NCBI GenBank assembly: GCA_963833985.1
Contig: CAWIAD010000001.1
Span: 512,001-576,000 of the forward strand
Length of the DNA: 64,000 bases
Direction of reading: 5' to 3'
Source: an uncultured Planctomycetaceae bacterium
GTDB lineage: Bacteria > Planctomycetota > Planctomycetia > Isosphaerales > Isosphaeraceae
Shown here: positions 18,856 through 30,248 of the stretch, in pieces
How positions within the stretch are numbered: position 1 is the first letter of the stretch
Layout: each line of letters begins with the position of its first letter
The notes under the pieces: generated by a model
The model's database searches: none
What the model saw: the letters and a program-made list of their open reading frames with translations, nothing else
What the model was told of the DNA's origin: nothing
Translations under genes and position numbers: made by a program

Positions 18856-21099
18856 CCTACTTTCCGCACATCTCGCCTTGACTATCTCCTAATTTCCGTG
18901 TGCCGTCTTTCGGCCTGTCAGGTTCAAATCTCGTAGGCTTTGGGTATCCCCAGCAGGCGCAGGATCCTCTTCTGGAGCCGAGTTAACTCTGTGCTGAACA
19001 CCTCAAGAGGGCGTTTCCCAGCCTTCAGGGAATGCTCTTGAACGTCCTCGTACAGGTCGATCACTTTTCGAGCCGTCGGGCGTCGGCAGGCCCGACCTTC
19101 GGAATACAGTGGCAGGCTCTCGATTCCCGCTCGTTCCATCGCGCGGCGGAGTTCTCGCTCCAACAGCGCCTCGACCAGCAACACGAAGAAGTACACGCAG
19201 AGCAAGGCCTGAATCCGACTCACCTCCTTCAGGTACATAGGCGCTACCACGAAGTCAGTCTTCAGGTGCTCGAACCGTCGTTCGATGGCCGGTTGCTGTT
19301 TGTAGGCCAAGAGCAGATCCTGCTCCGTCATCTTCGATTCGTTGCTCACCAGCGGGAAAATGCCATCACAGCGGGCCTCCTCATCCAGTCGCTCCAACTC
19401 AATCCGATGCTTCAACGAGTAACGGAGCTTCTCCTCTCGGACGTACCGCGTGTCCTGTCCAGGCCGGCCGCGTCGCTCCTGGCGGAACTTTTCGGTGACC
19501 TGCTCCTCGATCTCGACCGAGATCCACTCGGTGACCTCACAGTCTCGGAGCAGCTCCTCGACCGCCTCGGCGACCTTGGCTCGACTGCGGTACCGGGTTC
19601 GGGACGAGGCGAGCTTGGCACGCAGTTCGTCCAGTCGTTTCAACGCCTTCTCCAGCCGGGTCAGCCGTACCTCCGCATCCAACTCGGCCTTGCGTGTGCT
19701 GTGATACCAGATCAGCCGGTAACCCTCGGTGGTCTGGCTCGCAGGTTTGCAGATCGAGAAGCGGTCGGTCAACTGTCCCTTGTCGTCGTACTTGTCGTGG
19801 GTCCATCGCCACTGGATCTCTCCCCGGAGTACGGCGCCGCGGAAGGCACCGTCCTCACTGCGAGTTCGCGGCAGCACGCTGAGGAACCGACCGCCGCGCT
19901 GATGCAGATAGGCCATGTTCTCGGTGGTGGCCAGCTTGCAGTCGGCGATGTAGAGAAAGTCTCGGCGTCCGGTCAGTTGACAGAGCAACTCCCAGGTCTC
20001 CTGGTGAGAGCGGTCGTCGGTGGCGTTGCCGCTCTCGACGCGAAAGTGCACCGGGACGGCACCGTCGCCGGTCACGGTGAGGATGTAGAGTAGCTGCTTG
20101 AGGTCGGGGCGGTGGTCTTTGTTATGACCCCAGGTCACCGCCAACCGCAATTGTCCCCGCAGGGTTCGCTCCGCCTCCGCCGACTCGTAGTCACCGTGGA
20201 AAGTGATGGTGGTCGAGTCGTTGTGTAACTGGTCGAGGCTGACGTCGAATTCGCGTACGGCATGGGCCGCGACCTTCAGGGCCAACCCCGAGAGATTGGC
20301 GTCGAAGAGACGGTCGAGGGCCCGGCCAACTCGATCGTCGTTCATTGCGGCGACTTGGACATCGGACAACCCGAACAGTTTCGGCTCATGGCGGGCCACC
20401 CACTCACCGACACCATAGAGTGGCTCACGCGAGATCAGCAGGTTGCGCAGCAGGACGAGCAAGGCCGTGGCCGTGGGGACCCGAGTGCGGCCGTCCTCAT
20501 GGGGCAGGTGGTCGCAGAGAAACTCGCGAAGGCGGAGCCGACTCAGGAAGTGTTCCAGGATGGGCACGGCGGCAATCCGCCGCGTGTTGAGCGTGCGCGT
20601 GCGTCCCTTCGAGCGGGCCGTCTCGCCGGGTTGGCGCGGTCGTTGAGGTTCGTTCATGCGGATCATCTCCGGAGGGTTTGCAGCGAGTTGGCCGGTGTCC
20701 GCCGCCGGGCCTTCCAGGGCCGTGAGGGGAGCAGGCCGACCGCCGCAGGGCTTGCCGCAATGATGGCGGAGGAGATCGGGACGTCAAGGACAAAAAATCT
20801 TGTGATTCACTTATGATAATTTGCCTTGACGTAAGTTGTGAGCCGCTCAACTTACGCTCATAGCCCGTGTCACAAGTCGTCGCGGCGAGAATCGCGGCGC
20901 ACGGCTGGACATTGCCAAGTTATAAGACAAGGCGAAGAATGGCTCGAGTTCAGGAACGGTCCGGTTGGCGAACCATCTGAACCGAACAAGGTCCCCGTGC
21001 CGATCGACTTGTAGATGTTTACCGACCCTGGGGCCGCGTCTGAGAAGATGGCCTCAGGTCGAATTCGGGGAAATCAAAGGGAGATGTGCGGAAAGTAGG
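18856..21099 (-). mobile_element. IS1634-family insertion sequence (2244 bp)
   Basis: Perfect 19-bp terminal IRs CCTACTTTCCGCACATCTC (18856-18874) and GAGATGTGCGGAAAGTAGG (21081-21099); target duplication ATGTAG at 18850-18855 and 21100-21105. Confidence 0.92.
18924..20666 (-). CDS. IS1634-family DDE transposase
   Basis: NDDRVGRALDRL, HNDSTTITF.G.Y, GHNKDHRPDLKQL, IADCKL, YKQQ..IERRF..LK. Confidence 0.92.
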   Translation of the reverse strand: MIRMNEPQRPRQPGETARSKGRTRTLNTRRIAAVPILEHFLSRLRLREFLCDHLPHEDGRTRVPTATALLVLLRNLLISREPLYGVGEWVARHEPKLFGLSDVQVAAMNDDRVGRALDRLFDANLSGLALKVAAHAVREFDVSLDQLHNDSTTITFHGDYESAEAERTLRGQLRLAVTWGHNKDHRPDLKQLLYILTVTGDGAVPVHFRVESGNATDDRSHQETWELLCQLTGRRDFLYIADCKLATTENMAYLHQRGGRFLSVLPRTRSEDGAFRGAVLRGEIQWRWTHDKYDDKGQLTDRFSICKPASQTTEGYRLIWYHSTRKAELDAEVRLTRLEKALKRLDELRAKLASSRTRYRSRAKVAEAVEELLRDCEVTEWISVEIEEQVTEKFRQERRGRPGQDTRYVREEKLRYSLKHRIELERLDEEARCDGIFPLVSNESKMTEQDLLLAYKQQPAIERRFEHLKTDFVVAPMYLKEVSRIQALLCVYFFVLLVEALLERELRRAMERAGIESLPLYSEGRACRRPTARKVIDLYEDVQEHSLKAGKRPLEVFSTELTRLQKRILRLLGIPKAYEI

Positions 21100-21211
21100 A
21101 TGTAGGGCGGGTCAGCGCAGCGCAACCCACCGGTATTTCCGAAAGGTTGATCCGGCATCGATTCTCGGGGACTTCGCCTTGGTAGGTTGGGTCAGCGCAG
21201 CACAACCCACC
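21100..21211 (+). repeat. Continuation of REP array after the IS
   Basis: REP at 21102-21131; linker homologous to 17968-18015; further REP at 21182-21211. Confidence 0.9.
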
Positions 21212-21247
21212 GAGATTCCGCTTGAAACCTGCAACCAGGAGCTTGTC

Positions 21248-22497
21248 ATGCCGCGGCGCATTGGAGCCATCGCCTTGTTGTTGTGCATCGTCGTCTGGCT
21301 GACCGTGCATTCCCCGATTGGAGGACGGACGGAGCGGGCTGAGGCTGCCCAGGAGGCGGCGCCATCGCACGCGCCGGCGCAGGCTGCCGATGCAGGCTTG
21401 CTGAACCACGGTCTGTCCATGCTGCCGCTCCTGTCCACGGCCCGCACGCGCTCGGTCTGTGCCGAGAATCCCACCGGGGGCAAGGGGCAGGGGGGCGCGC
21501 CGTGCCGGACCCGAGCGAGCAGGAATACCCGGCCTCGGGGCGGGCGGCCGACGACCTGGGGCAAGGCTGGAAAGTCCGGCCGTTCCTGCGCGTCAATCGC
21601 GGAGAGACCGCAACTCTCATGGACGTGGCCGGTCCAGGAGTGATCCAGCACATCTGGATGGTGGAAAATCTTAGCCGTGCTCATGTGCTGCGGTTCTACT
21701 GGGACCACGAGAAGACGCCCTCGATCGAGGTGCCCGCGCCCGACTTCTTCGCCGTGGGCCACGAGACTTTTGCGCCGGTGAACTCGCTGGCGGTGGTGGT
21801 CAACCCGCGGAACGCGATGAACTGCTACTGGCCGATGCCGTTTCACTCGCATGCGCGGGTGACCTTGACCAATGAGTCGGGCACGAAGGACCTTGACCTG
21901 CTTGCCTACCAGATCACGTATCAGGAAACCGCGGTCCCGGCCGGGGCGGGCACGCTGCACGCTCAGTTCCGCCGGTCGCGCACCGACATCGTGAACCCCT
22001 ATGTCATCCTCGACGGAGTGCGCGGGCAGGGCCGGTACGTGGGGACCTTCCTGGCCTGGACGCAGCAGAAGCCAGGCTGGTTCGGCGAGGGCGAGGTCAA
22101 GTTCTACCTTGATGGCGACCAGGACTTCCCGACGATCTGCGGTACCGGGACCGAGGATTATTTCGGCGGCAGCTACGGCTTTCCGAGCCCCTTCACCGGT
22201 CCGTACTCGGGGACGACCTTGCCGGCCAGCGACAGCGCACCGCCTCCGAGCCGCTGGAGCCTGTACCGCTGGCACATCCAGGACCCGATCAACTTCCAGC
22301 GCGACCTGCGAGTGACGATTCAGGCACTGGGCTGGAACGACAAGGGCAAGTACGAGAAGCTACGCGACGATGTGGCCTCCGTCGCCTACTGGTACCAGGC
22401 CGAGCCGCACGCCCCGTTCCCGAGGCTGCCCGACCTGGCGGCCCGCACCGCGAAGGTGCTGCCTCCGGGCAAGGTCACTGCCGGCCCCGCGAACTGA
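21248..22497 (+). CDS. DUF2961 / GH172-like secreted protein; frameshift near 21497
   Basis: Signal peptide; RSVCAENPTG.KG.GG, GPGVIQHIW, NCYWPMPF, WFGEGEVKFYLDGD, GTGTEDYF, YRWHI.DPI.F. Confidence 0.88.
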
Positions 22498-22525
22498 GCC
22501 AGTGCGGGCATCGCGTTCGGGAGGA

Positions 22526-24181
22526 TCAGCGCTTGACCCTGTTATCCAGACTCCCTACCGCGCATGCGGCCGGAGGCTGTACATGGCAGGCGGGAGGAAC
22601 TTGCACCGGCGCCCGGCCGATGGCGCGGAGCAGGCGGAACTGGGCTCGGTTGTAGGCCAGCACAGCGCCGAGGTAGTCGATGCGCGCGGCCGCCAGCGCC
22701 TGGATGGGCTGGAGGACCTCGATAGGTCTCGTGGCTCCCGGCAGACCAGCCCCGCGCTGGATGTTGGTGAGATTCAGGCCCAGCGATTCAACGGCCTCGG
22801 TCACCGAGACGCGGGCCTCGTCCATCCAGCCGGAGGCGGCGGCACGGGCCCTGTAGGCCGCCACCACGTCGGCGGCGACCTGGGTCTGTACGCGGAGCAC
22901 CTCGATGTCGGCGGTTTTCCACTGCGCCTTGGCGCTGCGCCAGGCGCCCAGGTCACTCAGGCCCATGCCGCGCAGCTCCCAGAACAGGCTGGCCGCGAAA
23001 TCGCCGCGGGTGTTGAAGTTGCCGAAGAACGCGTTCTGGCCGCCGCCGAAGCCGCCTCCCGCGTAGGTCAGGGCCAGGCTGGGGGCGAACGGCCGCAGCT
23101 TGGCCTGCTGGAGCCGCATCGTGGACGCCTGCATGAGCGCTCGGGAACGTGCCAGCTCGGGCCGGTAGCTGTAGCCCTTGCAGATCAGGTCGTCCAGAGG
23201 GACGTCGTCGGGCAGCAGGCGGATCACGGTCTCGGCCGGCTCGACGGGCGCGACCACGACGTGCGGGTCAAGCAGCACCTGGCGCACGAGGTTCGCCGAG
23301 GCAACCTCGAGCTCGCCGATGGAGGCCCGGATGGCACCGCGCCGGATCCGCACCTCGGTCAACGTCCGGCGGTGGTCCGCCTCGAGCCCGGCCCGCGACC
23401 GTGCAAAAGTTCCGGTGATGTTCGCCAGCAGCTCCGCGTTGCCGGCAGCCTCACGCGCAATCGCCAGCCGGCCGGCACCGAGCTGAAGGTCAAAATAGGC
23501 TTCCGACACCGCCAGCAGCGCGTTGTTGGTAGCAACAGCCACGCCGGCCTCGTTGGCGGCGATGACGCGCCGGGCGGCTCGGGTGCCATAGAGCGCATCG
23601 GAGATCCGCAGCACGCCGCTCAGGCCGTTCAGCGGTGGGAAACCGCTTCCGGGCGGGGCGGCCGGAAAGCTGTTGGCCAGACTTGCCGTCGTGCCCAGGA
23701 ACAACGAGTTGCGGCTGACGGTGATCACCTTCCCGTTGATCGACTGCACCTGACCATCCAGGCGGTAGTACGTCGGTCCGGTGAAGAGGCTGGGCAACCA
23801 CAGCCCGCGTGCCTCGTCAAGCTCTCCCAGTGCCTGCATCACCTGCTGCCGGGCCGTGGCAATATCCAGGTCGCGCGCTCCGGCCAGGCGCAGGGCGGTC
23901 GCCAGGTCGATGGGCTGGATCATCTCTCCGGGAATGACCGTCGCGGTGGCATCGGTCGGGTGGGGCGTCACTGGAGCACTGGGAGCACGTTGCCCATGGT
24001 CCGCTGCCGGCAGCGCCGGGGGGAGCGAGAGCTCCTGCGGCCTGGCGCTGGACCGTGGCGGCTCATCGGGTGTAAAAGCATGCACGGCCGGCGGCCAGAC
24101 ATGCCCCGGCACCAGCGCGAGCAACAGGGCTGCCCGGCGGAACTGCCGGTGCACGGTGGTCCATTGCTTTGCCGATCTCAC
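22526..24181 (-). CDS. TolC-family outer membrane efflux protein (start uncertain)
   Basis: IDLATALRLA, EAYFDL, RPEL, YNRAQFRL; follows MFP and RND genes. Confidence 0.8.
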   Translation of the reverse strand: MRSAKQWTTVHRQFRRAALLLALVPGHVWPPAVHAFTPDEPPRSSARPQELSLPPALPAADHGQRAPSAPVTPHPTDATATVIPGEMIQPIDLATALRLAGARDLDIATARQQVMQALGELDEARGLWLPSLFTGPTYYRLDGQVQSINGKVITVSRNSLFLGTTASLANSFPAAPPGSGFPPLNGLSGVLRISDALYGTRAARRVIAANEAGVAVATNNALLAVSEAYFDLQLGAGRLAIAREAAGNAELLANITGTFARSRAGLEADHRRTLTEVRIRRGAIRASIGELEVASANLVRQVLLDPHVVVAPVEPAETVIRLLPDDVPLDDLICKGYSYRPELARSRALMQASTMRLQQAKLRPFAPSLALTYAGGGFGGGQNAFFGNFNTRGDFAASLFWELRGMGLSDLGAWRSAKAQWKTADIEVLRVQTQVAADVVAAYRARAAASGWMDEARVSVTEAVESLGLNLTNIQRGAGLPGATRPIEVLQPIQALAAARIDYLGAVLAYNRAQFRLLRAIGRAPVQVPPACHVQPPAACAVGSLDNRVKR

Positions 24182-24355
24182 GGGCACTCTCTCCGTGGAC
24201 GTGGCGGAATCACGCGGTGGGCCTGCCACCGGCGAATGCCGCAGCCGGGGGGACCGTTTCAGGTCTCCTTGCCGTTCTTTCGGATGCAATCGGCCGGGCC
24301 CTGCAACGTCTCTCCACCTGGAGAGCACTCAGAACACGCGCAACCGGCACAACTG

Positions 24356-25698
24356 TCACGGCTTCTTCGTCGCGGGCGGCGGCGCGACGGAGACCGATAC
24401 CGGCTGGTCCTCTTCGAGCGCGGCCGCGTAGGCCTTGACGACGGCCTCGTCGTCCTTCAGTCCGGATGTGACCTCGGAGAACGTCCCGTCCTCCAGACCG
24501 AGCACGATCGCCCTGCGCTTGGCCTTGCCATCGGAGATGGTCACGCAGTAGAGATCGGCCCCTTGCCGGACGACGGCCGAGCTGGGCACCAGCAGCGCAT
24601 TGGTCCGCTCCTCGACGAACACGGTGGCATAGGCGTACAGGCCCGGTCGCAGCGTACCGGAGGGATTGGCAACATCGATCTCGGTGCGGAGCGTGCGGTT
24701 CCTGGCGTCGAGCGTCCAGGAGGTCCGGGCCACCTTGCCGTCAAACTCCTGGCCCGGACGTGCCTGAAGGCGAATGCGCACGCGATCGCCGGTGTCGACC
24801 TGCGTGGCGAACAGTTCGGGCACGCTCACGCTGATCCGTACCCGGTCGTCGCGTGCTATGGTGAAGAGCGGCTGGCCGAGCGTCCCCGCGGTCGTCAGAT
24901 CGCCCACGTCCACGTTCCGGCGGGTGATCACGCCGTCGTACGGAGCCACGATCTCCGCGTAGCCGCGCATGGCGTGCAGCCGCCTGGCTTCCAGATCGGC
25001 CACCTTGATCGTGGCCGTGGCCGCGGCCACGTCGGAACGGGCCTTCTCGAGCAGGGCCTCACCCTGCTTCACGGCGGCCTCGGCGGTTTGCACCTGGGCG
25101 TCGATCTCCTCGCGTGCCGACTCGGCGGCCTCGAGCTTGCTGCGCGTCTCGTCGCGCAATGTGCCGGTCTGGGCACGCTCGTTAAAGAGCTGCTCCACGC
25201 GCTGGTTCTCCGCGCGCAGCGGGCCACGTCGGCGGCGGCGCGGCGGGTGCCGGCCCGGACCTCGGCGAGCTTCGCCCGCGCGTGCACCAGGTCGGATCGG
25301 GCCACATCCTCGGAGGCCCGGGCTTGCACCAGCCTGGCTTTGGCTTCCTCCACCATCGCCTGCTTCTGTTCCGCTTCGGCGTCCAGCTCTGGAACGCTCA
25401 GGAGGGCCAGCACCTGTCCCTTCTTGACCTTCGATCCGATATCCGCATTCCACTTTTCAACATAGCCGGATAGCTTCGCGAAGAGGTCGGTGGACTCGTA
25501 AGCCTCGATCTGCCCGGGCTCTTCCACCGACCGGCGGATCGTGCCCCGCACGGGTGTGACGACCTCCACGCGCGAGACTGTCGGCCCCGGGGCGCGTCCG
25601 GCCTGGATCGCGGGAGACTGCCCGCAGCCGGCGGCAAGAAGGCCGGGAACGGAAAGAGCCAGGAAGCAGAGCCGCAATCGCAGACGGGGTTGACGCAT
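24356..25698 (-). CDS. RND periplasmic adaptor (lipoprotein); frameshift near 25215
   Basis: LAAGC lipobox, AKLSGYV...ADIG..VKKGQ.LA.L.VPEL, APYDGVIT.R.V..GD, LRPGLY. Confidence 0.88.
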
Positions 25699-25744
25699 GC
25701 GTTCGTGTCCGTGGTGGCAGAAGAAGACAGCCGGAGAACGCCCT

Positions 25745-28700
25745 TCAGGGCGACGCGGTCGGTTGCTGCACTCGGTCGGCATGGGCTCCGTTGGCGCTCA
25801 CGCCGTCCGGATGGACCGCGCCCCACAGGCCAGGATCGTACTGGGCGCTTTCCGGGTCGGCCGGATCGATCGATGCCGAGCGCACCCGCGCCCCGCGCTG
25901 GACGATGGCAAAGACGGTCGGCAGGATGAACAGCGTGGCCAGCGTGGCGCCGGCCAGGCCGCCGATCACGGCCCGTCCCAGCGGGGCGGTCTGCTCGCCG
26001 CCCTCGTTCCAGCCCAGCGCCATGGGGATCATGCCGGCGATCATGGCGCAGCTCGTCATGAGGATCGGCCGCAGCCGGCCCTGTGCGCCGGCGATGGCCG
26101 CTTCCGCGGGCGCCGCCCTGTCGCCGCACCGGTACCGCTCGGCAAAAGTGACCAGCAGGATGGCGTTGGCCACGGCGACGCCGATCGCCATGATCGCCCC
26201 CATGAACGACTGGAGATTCAGGGTGGTCCCGGTGAGCCAGAGCGCAAGGACCACTCCTGCGAGCACGGCCGGCATCGTCGAGATGACCACGATCGCCAGG
26301 CGGATCGACTGGAAGTTCGCGGTGAGCAGGAGCAGGATGATCACAATCGCCATGGCCAGGCCGAAAGCCAGGCCGCGGAGGATCTCATTCATGGGAGTGA
26401 TCTGCCCGCGGACCTCGACGGTGGCTCCCCTGGGCGGCTCGCCGGCGCGTGCGATCGCCTGGTTGACCTGGCCGGCCACACGGCCCAGGTCCTCGCCGGC
26501 GATGTTCGCGGTCAGGCTGATCACGCGCTTCATGTTGTAACGGTCATACTCGCCGGGCATGGTGCCGGGGCTGACCGTGGCCACGTCGCGCAGCAGGAGC
26601 GGCTCCTGGTGCGGCTTCTGGATCGGGATCGTCTCGACCTGGTTGATCGAATCCATTACCTGGTAGGGGATCTCGACCTGAACCTGGTAGCCGATGCCGG
26701 ACTTCGGATCGGGCCAGTAATTGGGCACCACGAACCGGCTGGACGAGGTCGCCGCGACCAGCGAGCGCGCGACCTCGGCCACCGTGACGTCGGCCAGGCC
26801 TGCCTTCTGGCGATCGATCTTGACGGCGACCGTCGGGTAATCCAGCGACTGGACGAACTGGAGATCGCGCAGCGCCGGGACGCGTTCCAGCTCGGCCCGC
26901 ACCTTCTCCGCGTAGAGCCGGTTCTCGGCGAGGTTCGGCCCGTTGACCGTGAACTCCACGGGTGTGGGCGAGCCGAAGCTCATCACCTCGCTGACGATGT
27001 CGGCCGGCTCGAAGGAGAACCGCACTCCGGAGAGCTTGTCGGCCAGAACCGTCCTGAGCCGCTCTTTCAGGTCCTCGAGTGCGACGGTCGCCTCACCCTT
27101 GAGAGCCACTCGCAGCACGGCTTCCTCGGGCCCTCCGGTCCACTGGAAGATGGCGTTGATGGGGTAGCTGGAAGGAATCAGGCCGACGTATCCCACGGAG
27201 ATCTCGATCGGCTGTGTCCCGGCCTCCTGGCGGATCGTCTCGAGGACCTGCAAGACGAGCCGCTCGGTCTCCTCGATGCGCGTTCCGGCCGCGGCGCGGA
27301 GGCGGAGCTGGAACCGCCCGGCATCGACCTTCGGAAAGATCTCCAGGCCGAGCCGGCTGTAGACTGCCCCGATCACCAGCGCGGCCAGTGCGAGGTATGC
27401 CGGCACGATGAGCCAGCGACGGTGGACAATCCAGGACAGCAACCGGCCATAGGTAACCTGTCCGCGGACAGAGGCCGAACTCTTTCCGGCAGCCGTGGGA
27501 CCATGCCTGTGCTCCAGCAGCCAGGTCGAGATCACCGGCACGAACATGCTGGAGAGCAGGTACGACGAGACCATTGCGAAGCCGACCGCCAGCGAGAGCG
27601 GAACAAACAGGGCCTGGGCCGCGCCCTGCATGAAGAACGAAGGCAGGAACACGGCCAGGATGCAGAGCATGGCGAGCAGCCGCGGGACGGCCGTATCCAT
27701 GTTGCCCAGGCGAACGGCCGAGGCCACCGAGGGTACCTGCTGCATCTTGTGGTGGATGTTCTCGATCTCCACCGTCGCCTCATCAACCAGGATGCCGATG
27801 GAGAGCGCCAGGCCGCCCAGGGTCATGAGGTTGATCGACTGCCCTGCCAGCCAGAGGGCCACCAGCGCGCCGCAGATGGCGAACGGGATGTTCAGGAGGA
27901 CCACCAGCACGCTCCGCCAGTCGCGCAGGAATACGAGGACCATCAGACCCGTGAAGAGCGCGCCCAGGGCACCCTCGGCGGCCAGGCTCTTCACGGCGTT
28001 GGTGACCGTGGGGGACTGGTCGAATTCGAAGCTCACCTTGATATCGTCGGGAAGGACGGCCTGCATCTTCGGCAGGGCCTCCTTGACGCTGCGGACGACG
28101 GAAAGCGTGGAGGCATCGGCCCGCTTGGTGACCAGGATGTAGACGGCCCTGCGGCCGTTCACCAGCGCATAGCCGACCGGGATGTCGCTGGCGTCCTGGA
28201 CGGTGGCGACGTCGCGGACGTAGACCGACGGGTTGGCGCCCACGCGGATGGGGATGGCCTCCAGCTCCTTCACGTCGGTCACCAGGGAATTGATCGGCAC
28301 GATGGGCATGGTCTTGCCGATCCGCACGTTTCCCGACGGGCTGATCGTATTGCCGTTGGAAAGTGCCGTGATGAGCTCGTCCGGCGAGATGGCATACGAG
28401 CGCAGCCGCTCGGGGTCCGCCCGCACCACGACCGTGCGCTGGCTGCCGCCGAACGGAGGCGGCGCCGAGACCCCCGGCAGGCCGGCGAACATCGGCCGCA
28501 CCTTGAAGAGCGCCTGGTCCTGGATCTCGCCGATCGAGCGCGTCTCGCTGGAGAGCACCAGGTAGCCGACCGGTACGCTCCCGGCGTCGAACCGGGTGAC
28601 GAACGGCGAGACCGTGCCGGGCGGCATGAACGCCCGCGCACGGGTGACGTAGCCGATCGTCTCGGCCATCGCCTGGGCCATGTTCGTTCCCGGGTGGAAC

Positions 28701-28981
28701 GACAGCTTCATCACCGCCATGCCCTGGACGTTGCGGCTCTCTACGTGATGAATGTTACTGATATAAAGAAAGTGGTATTCGTAGTAATTCGCAATCAGCC
28801 CCTCCATCTGCGCGGGGTCCATGCCGCCGTATGGCTGGGCGACGTAGATCACCGGGAGGTTCAGGTTGGGAAAGATATCGATCGACATCCGCAGGACAGC
28901 CAGCAGGCTCCCCAGTGCCACCGCCGTGACAAGCACCATCACGGTGTAAGGCCGGCGCATGGCAAAGGCGATCGGGTTCAT
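25745..28981 (-). CDS. RND efflux transporter permease
   Basis: [57 protein letters not shown]. Confidence 0.95.
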   Translation of the reverse strand: MNPIAFAMRRPYTVMVLVTAVALGSLLAVLRMSIDIFPNLNLPVIYVAQPYGGMDPAQMEGLIANYYEYHFLYISNIHHVESRNVQGMAVMKLSFHPGTNMAQAMAETIGYVTRARAFMPPGTVSPFVTRFDAGSVPVGYLVLSSETRSIGEIQDQALFKVRPMFAGLPGVSAPPPFGGSQRTVVVRADPERLRSYAISPDELITALSNGNTISPSGNVRIGKTMPIVPINSLVTDVKELEAIPIRVGANPSVYVRDVATVQDASDIPVGYALVNGRRAVYILVTKRADASTLSVVRSVKEALPKMQAVLPDDIKVSFEFDQSPTVTNAVKSLAAEGALGALFTGLMVLVFLRDWRSVLVVLLNIPFAICGALVALWLAGQSINLMTLGGLALSIGILVDEATVEIENIHHKMQQVPSVASAVRLGNMDTAVPRLLAMLCILAVFLPSFFMQGAAQALFVPLSLAVGFAMVSSYLLSSMFVPVISTWLLEHRHGPTAAGKSSASVRGQVTYGRLLSWIVHRRWLIVPAYLALAALVIGAVYSRLGLEIFPKVDAGRFQLRLRAAAGTRIEETERLVLQVLETIRQEAGTQPIEISVGYVGLIPSSYPINAIFQWTGGPEEAVLRVALKGEATVALEDLKERLRTVLADKLSGVRFSFEPADIVSEVMSFGSPTPVEFTVNGPNLAENRLYAEKVRAELERVPALRDLQFVQSLDYPTVAVKIDRQKAGLADVTVAEVARSLVAATSSSRFVVPNYWPDPKSGIGYQVQVEIPYQVMDSINQVETIPIQKPHQEPLLLRDVATVSPGTMPGEYDRYNMKRVISLTANIAGEDLGRVAGQVNQAIARAGEPPRGATVEVRGQITPMNEILRGLAFGLAMAIVIILLLLTANFQSIRLAIVVISTMPAVLAGVVLALWLTGTTLNLQSFMGAIMAIGVAVANAILLVTFAERYRCGDRAAPAEAAIAGAQGRLRPILMTSCAMIAGMIPMALGWNEGGEQTAPLGRAVIGGLAGATLATLFILPTVFAIVQRGARVRSASIDPADPESAQYDPGLWGAVHPDGVSANGAHADRVQQPTASP

Positions 28982-29063
28982 GGGCCTGTTCCCTTCCGGC
29001 GGGGGATGTCGAGGTCGAACGGGGTAGGTGTCGAGGGCTCGCCCTCGCATCCAACCGTGGTGC

Positions 29064-29612
29064 TCAGAGCGGCCAGCTCGCCGCGGGGTCGAAATTGAGG
29101 ATCGGCGATGCGGGAGCCGACGGAATTCGAGGACGCAGATAGGGCTTGTCCGCGGCCTTGTGGCAGGAGTAGCAGACCGTCAGGCTGTCACGGTAGGTGC
29201 GTTCGAAACCCGGCCGATCTTTCTGCTGGATGACCGCTTTGAGCTGCGTGAGCTGGCTGTTTTCAAAGGCTTTCAGGATATTCTCGAGAAAGACGTCCTT
29301 CCCGGCGTTGTCCTTGCGAACCGGGATCCGGCGCACGGCCCAGCGCAGGTGCGACCTGGTCTCGGAGAGGCAGAAATCGGCCAGCGGCCAGTTCTCGGCC
29401 TCGCCGGCGAACCAGAGGTTCGCGAAGTGATCGCCGACATCCGCCATCAGGTGCGATTGCGAGGGAAGCAGGTCCTCGAGGGCCTTGACGCGGGTGGAAA
29501 CTTCCGCCGGCGCCGCGTCGGCCGAGGCGGCGGACGTGGCTTCCACGCAGCCGCTCGCCATCGCCAGAAGGAAGGCTGAAGCGAGGGCCAGAGTCACGCG
29601 AGCCACAATCAT
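29064..29612 (-). CDS. Putative lipoprotein with C-terminal CxxCH (c'-like helical cytochrome)
   Basis: Hydrophobic leader with ASG-C lipobox; LWFAG...NW.LA; CYSCH. Confidence 0.75.
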   Translation of the reverse strand: MIVARVTLALASAFLLAMASGCVEATSAASADAAPAEVSTRVKALEDLLPSQSHLMADVGDHFANLWFAGEAENWPLADFCLSETRSHLRWAVRRIPVRKDNAGKDVFLENILKAFENSQLTQLKAVIQQKDRPGFERTYRDSLTVCYSCHKAADKPYLRPRIPSAPASPILNFDPAASWPL

Positions 29613-30010
29613 GATGATGTCCCTCCGCGGTGATTCCCGGAATGTTTCTTGCGAGGATGGTTCGTACCGCGATCGCGGCCGATCGAGGCCCTGGGAGGCC
29701 GATCGTCCAGGATCTCGGAGACCAGTTCCTTGAGCTGCACCCGGGCGGCCCGAAGCGCCGCTTTCCCCTGTGCAGTCGCCCGGTACACTTTTCTGCGCTT
29801 GCCGGCCACGACCTCGGTCTGCACGGTGAGCAACCCGGCCTGTTCGAGCTGGTGGAGGATCGGATAGATCGTTCCGGCGCCCACGTCGTAGCCGTGGCGC
29901 CCCAGCTCCTCCATCATCTCCGCCCCGCAGATCGGCTCCTTCGTCGCGTGATAGATCACGTGCATCCGCACGAACCCGCCGAAGAACAGCCTTGTCAGCA
30001 AGTCGGTCAC
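29609..30010 (-). CDS. PadR-family transcriptional regulator
   Basis: FFGGFVRMH.., EELGRHGY....GTIYPILH.LE..G, RRKVY.AT..G; overlaps the next start by 4 nt. Confidence 0.88.
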   Translation of the reverse strand: MTDLLTRLFFGGFVRMHVIYHATKEPICGAEMMEELGRHGYDVGAGTIYPILHQLEQAGLLTVQTEVVAGKRRKVYRATAQGKAALRAARVQLKELVSEILDDRPPRASIGRDRGTNHPRKKHSGNHRGGTSS

Positions 30011-30248
30011 TCGTATCGGCCTCCGATATCGAGAAGCAATAATATGGCACCGGAAAGCCCACCGCAAGCCCGCGGGCCGCACGACCCGTTCCTGAATGGG
30101 TTCTGCAAGCGTGCGAGCGGCGCCTGTGCGCAGACCCCGTGACGACGGGCTCGTCACGTGCGTGCCCGATCGCTTACAATTGTCGTGAGCTCTTCTTCGA
30201 GTCGATCATCTCGCCCGGTCACGTTCGAGCCAGAGTGGAGACCCGTTG

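Noticed and set aside
22370..29098. Very long plus-strand ORFs (1031 aa, 1133 aa; likewise 52667..55396)
   Set aside because: Antisense shadows of real high-GC genes; Arg/Gly/His-rich with no recognisable motifs.
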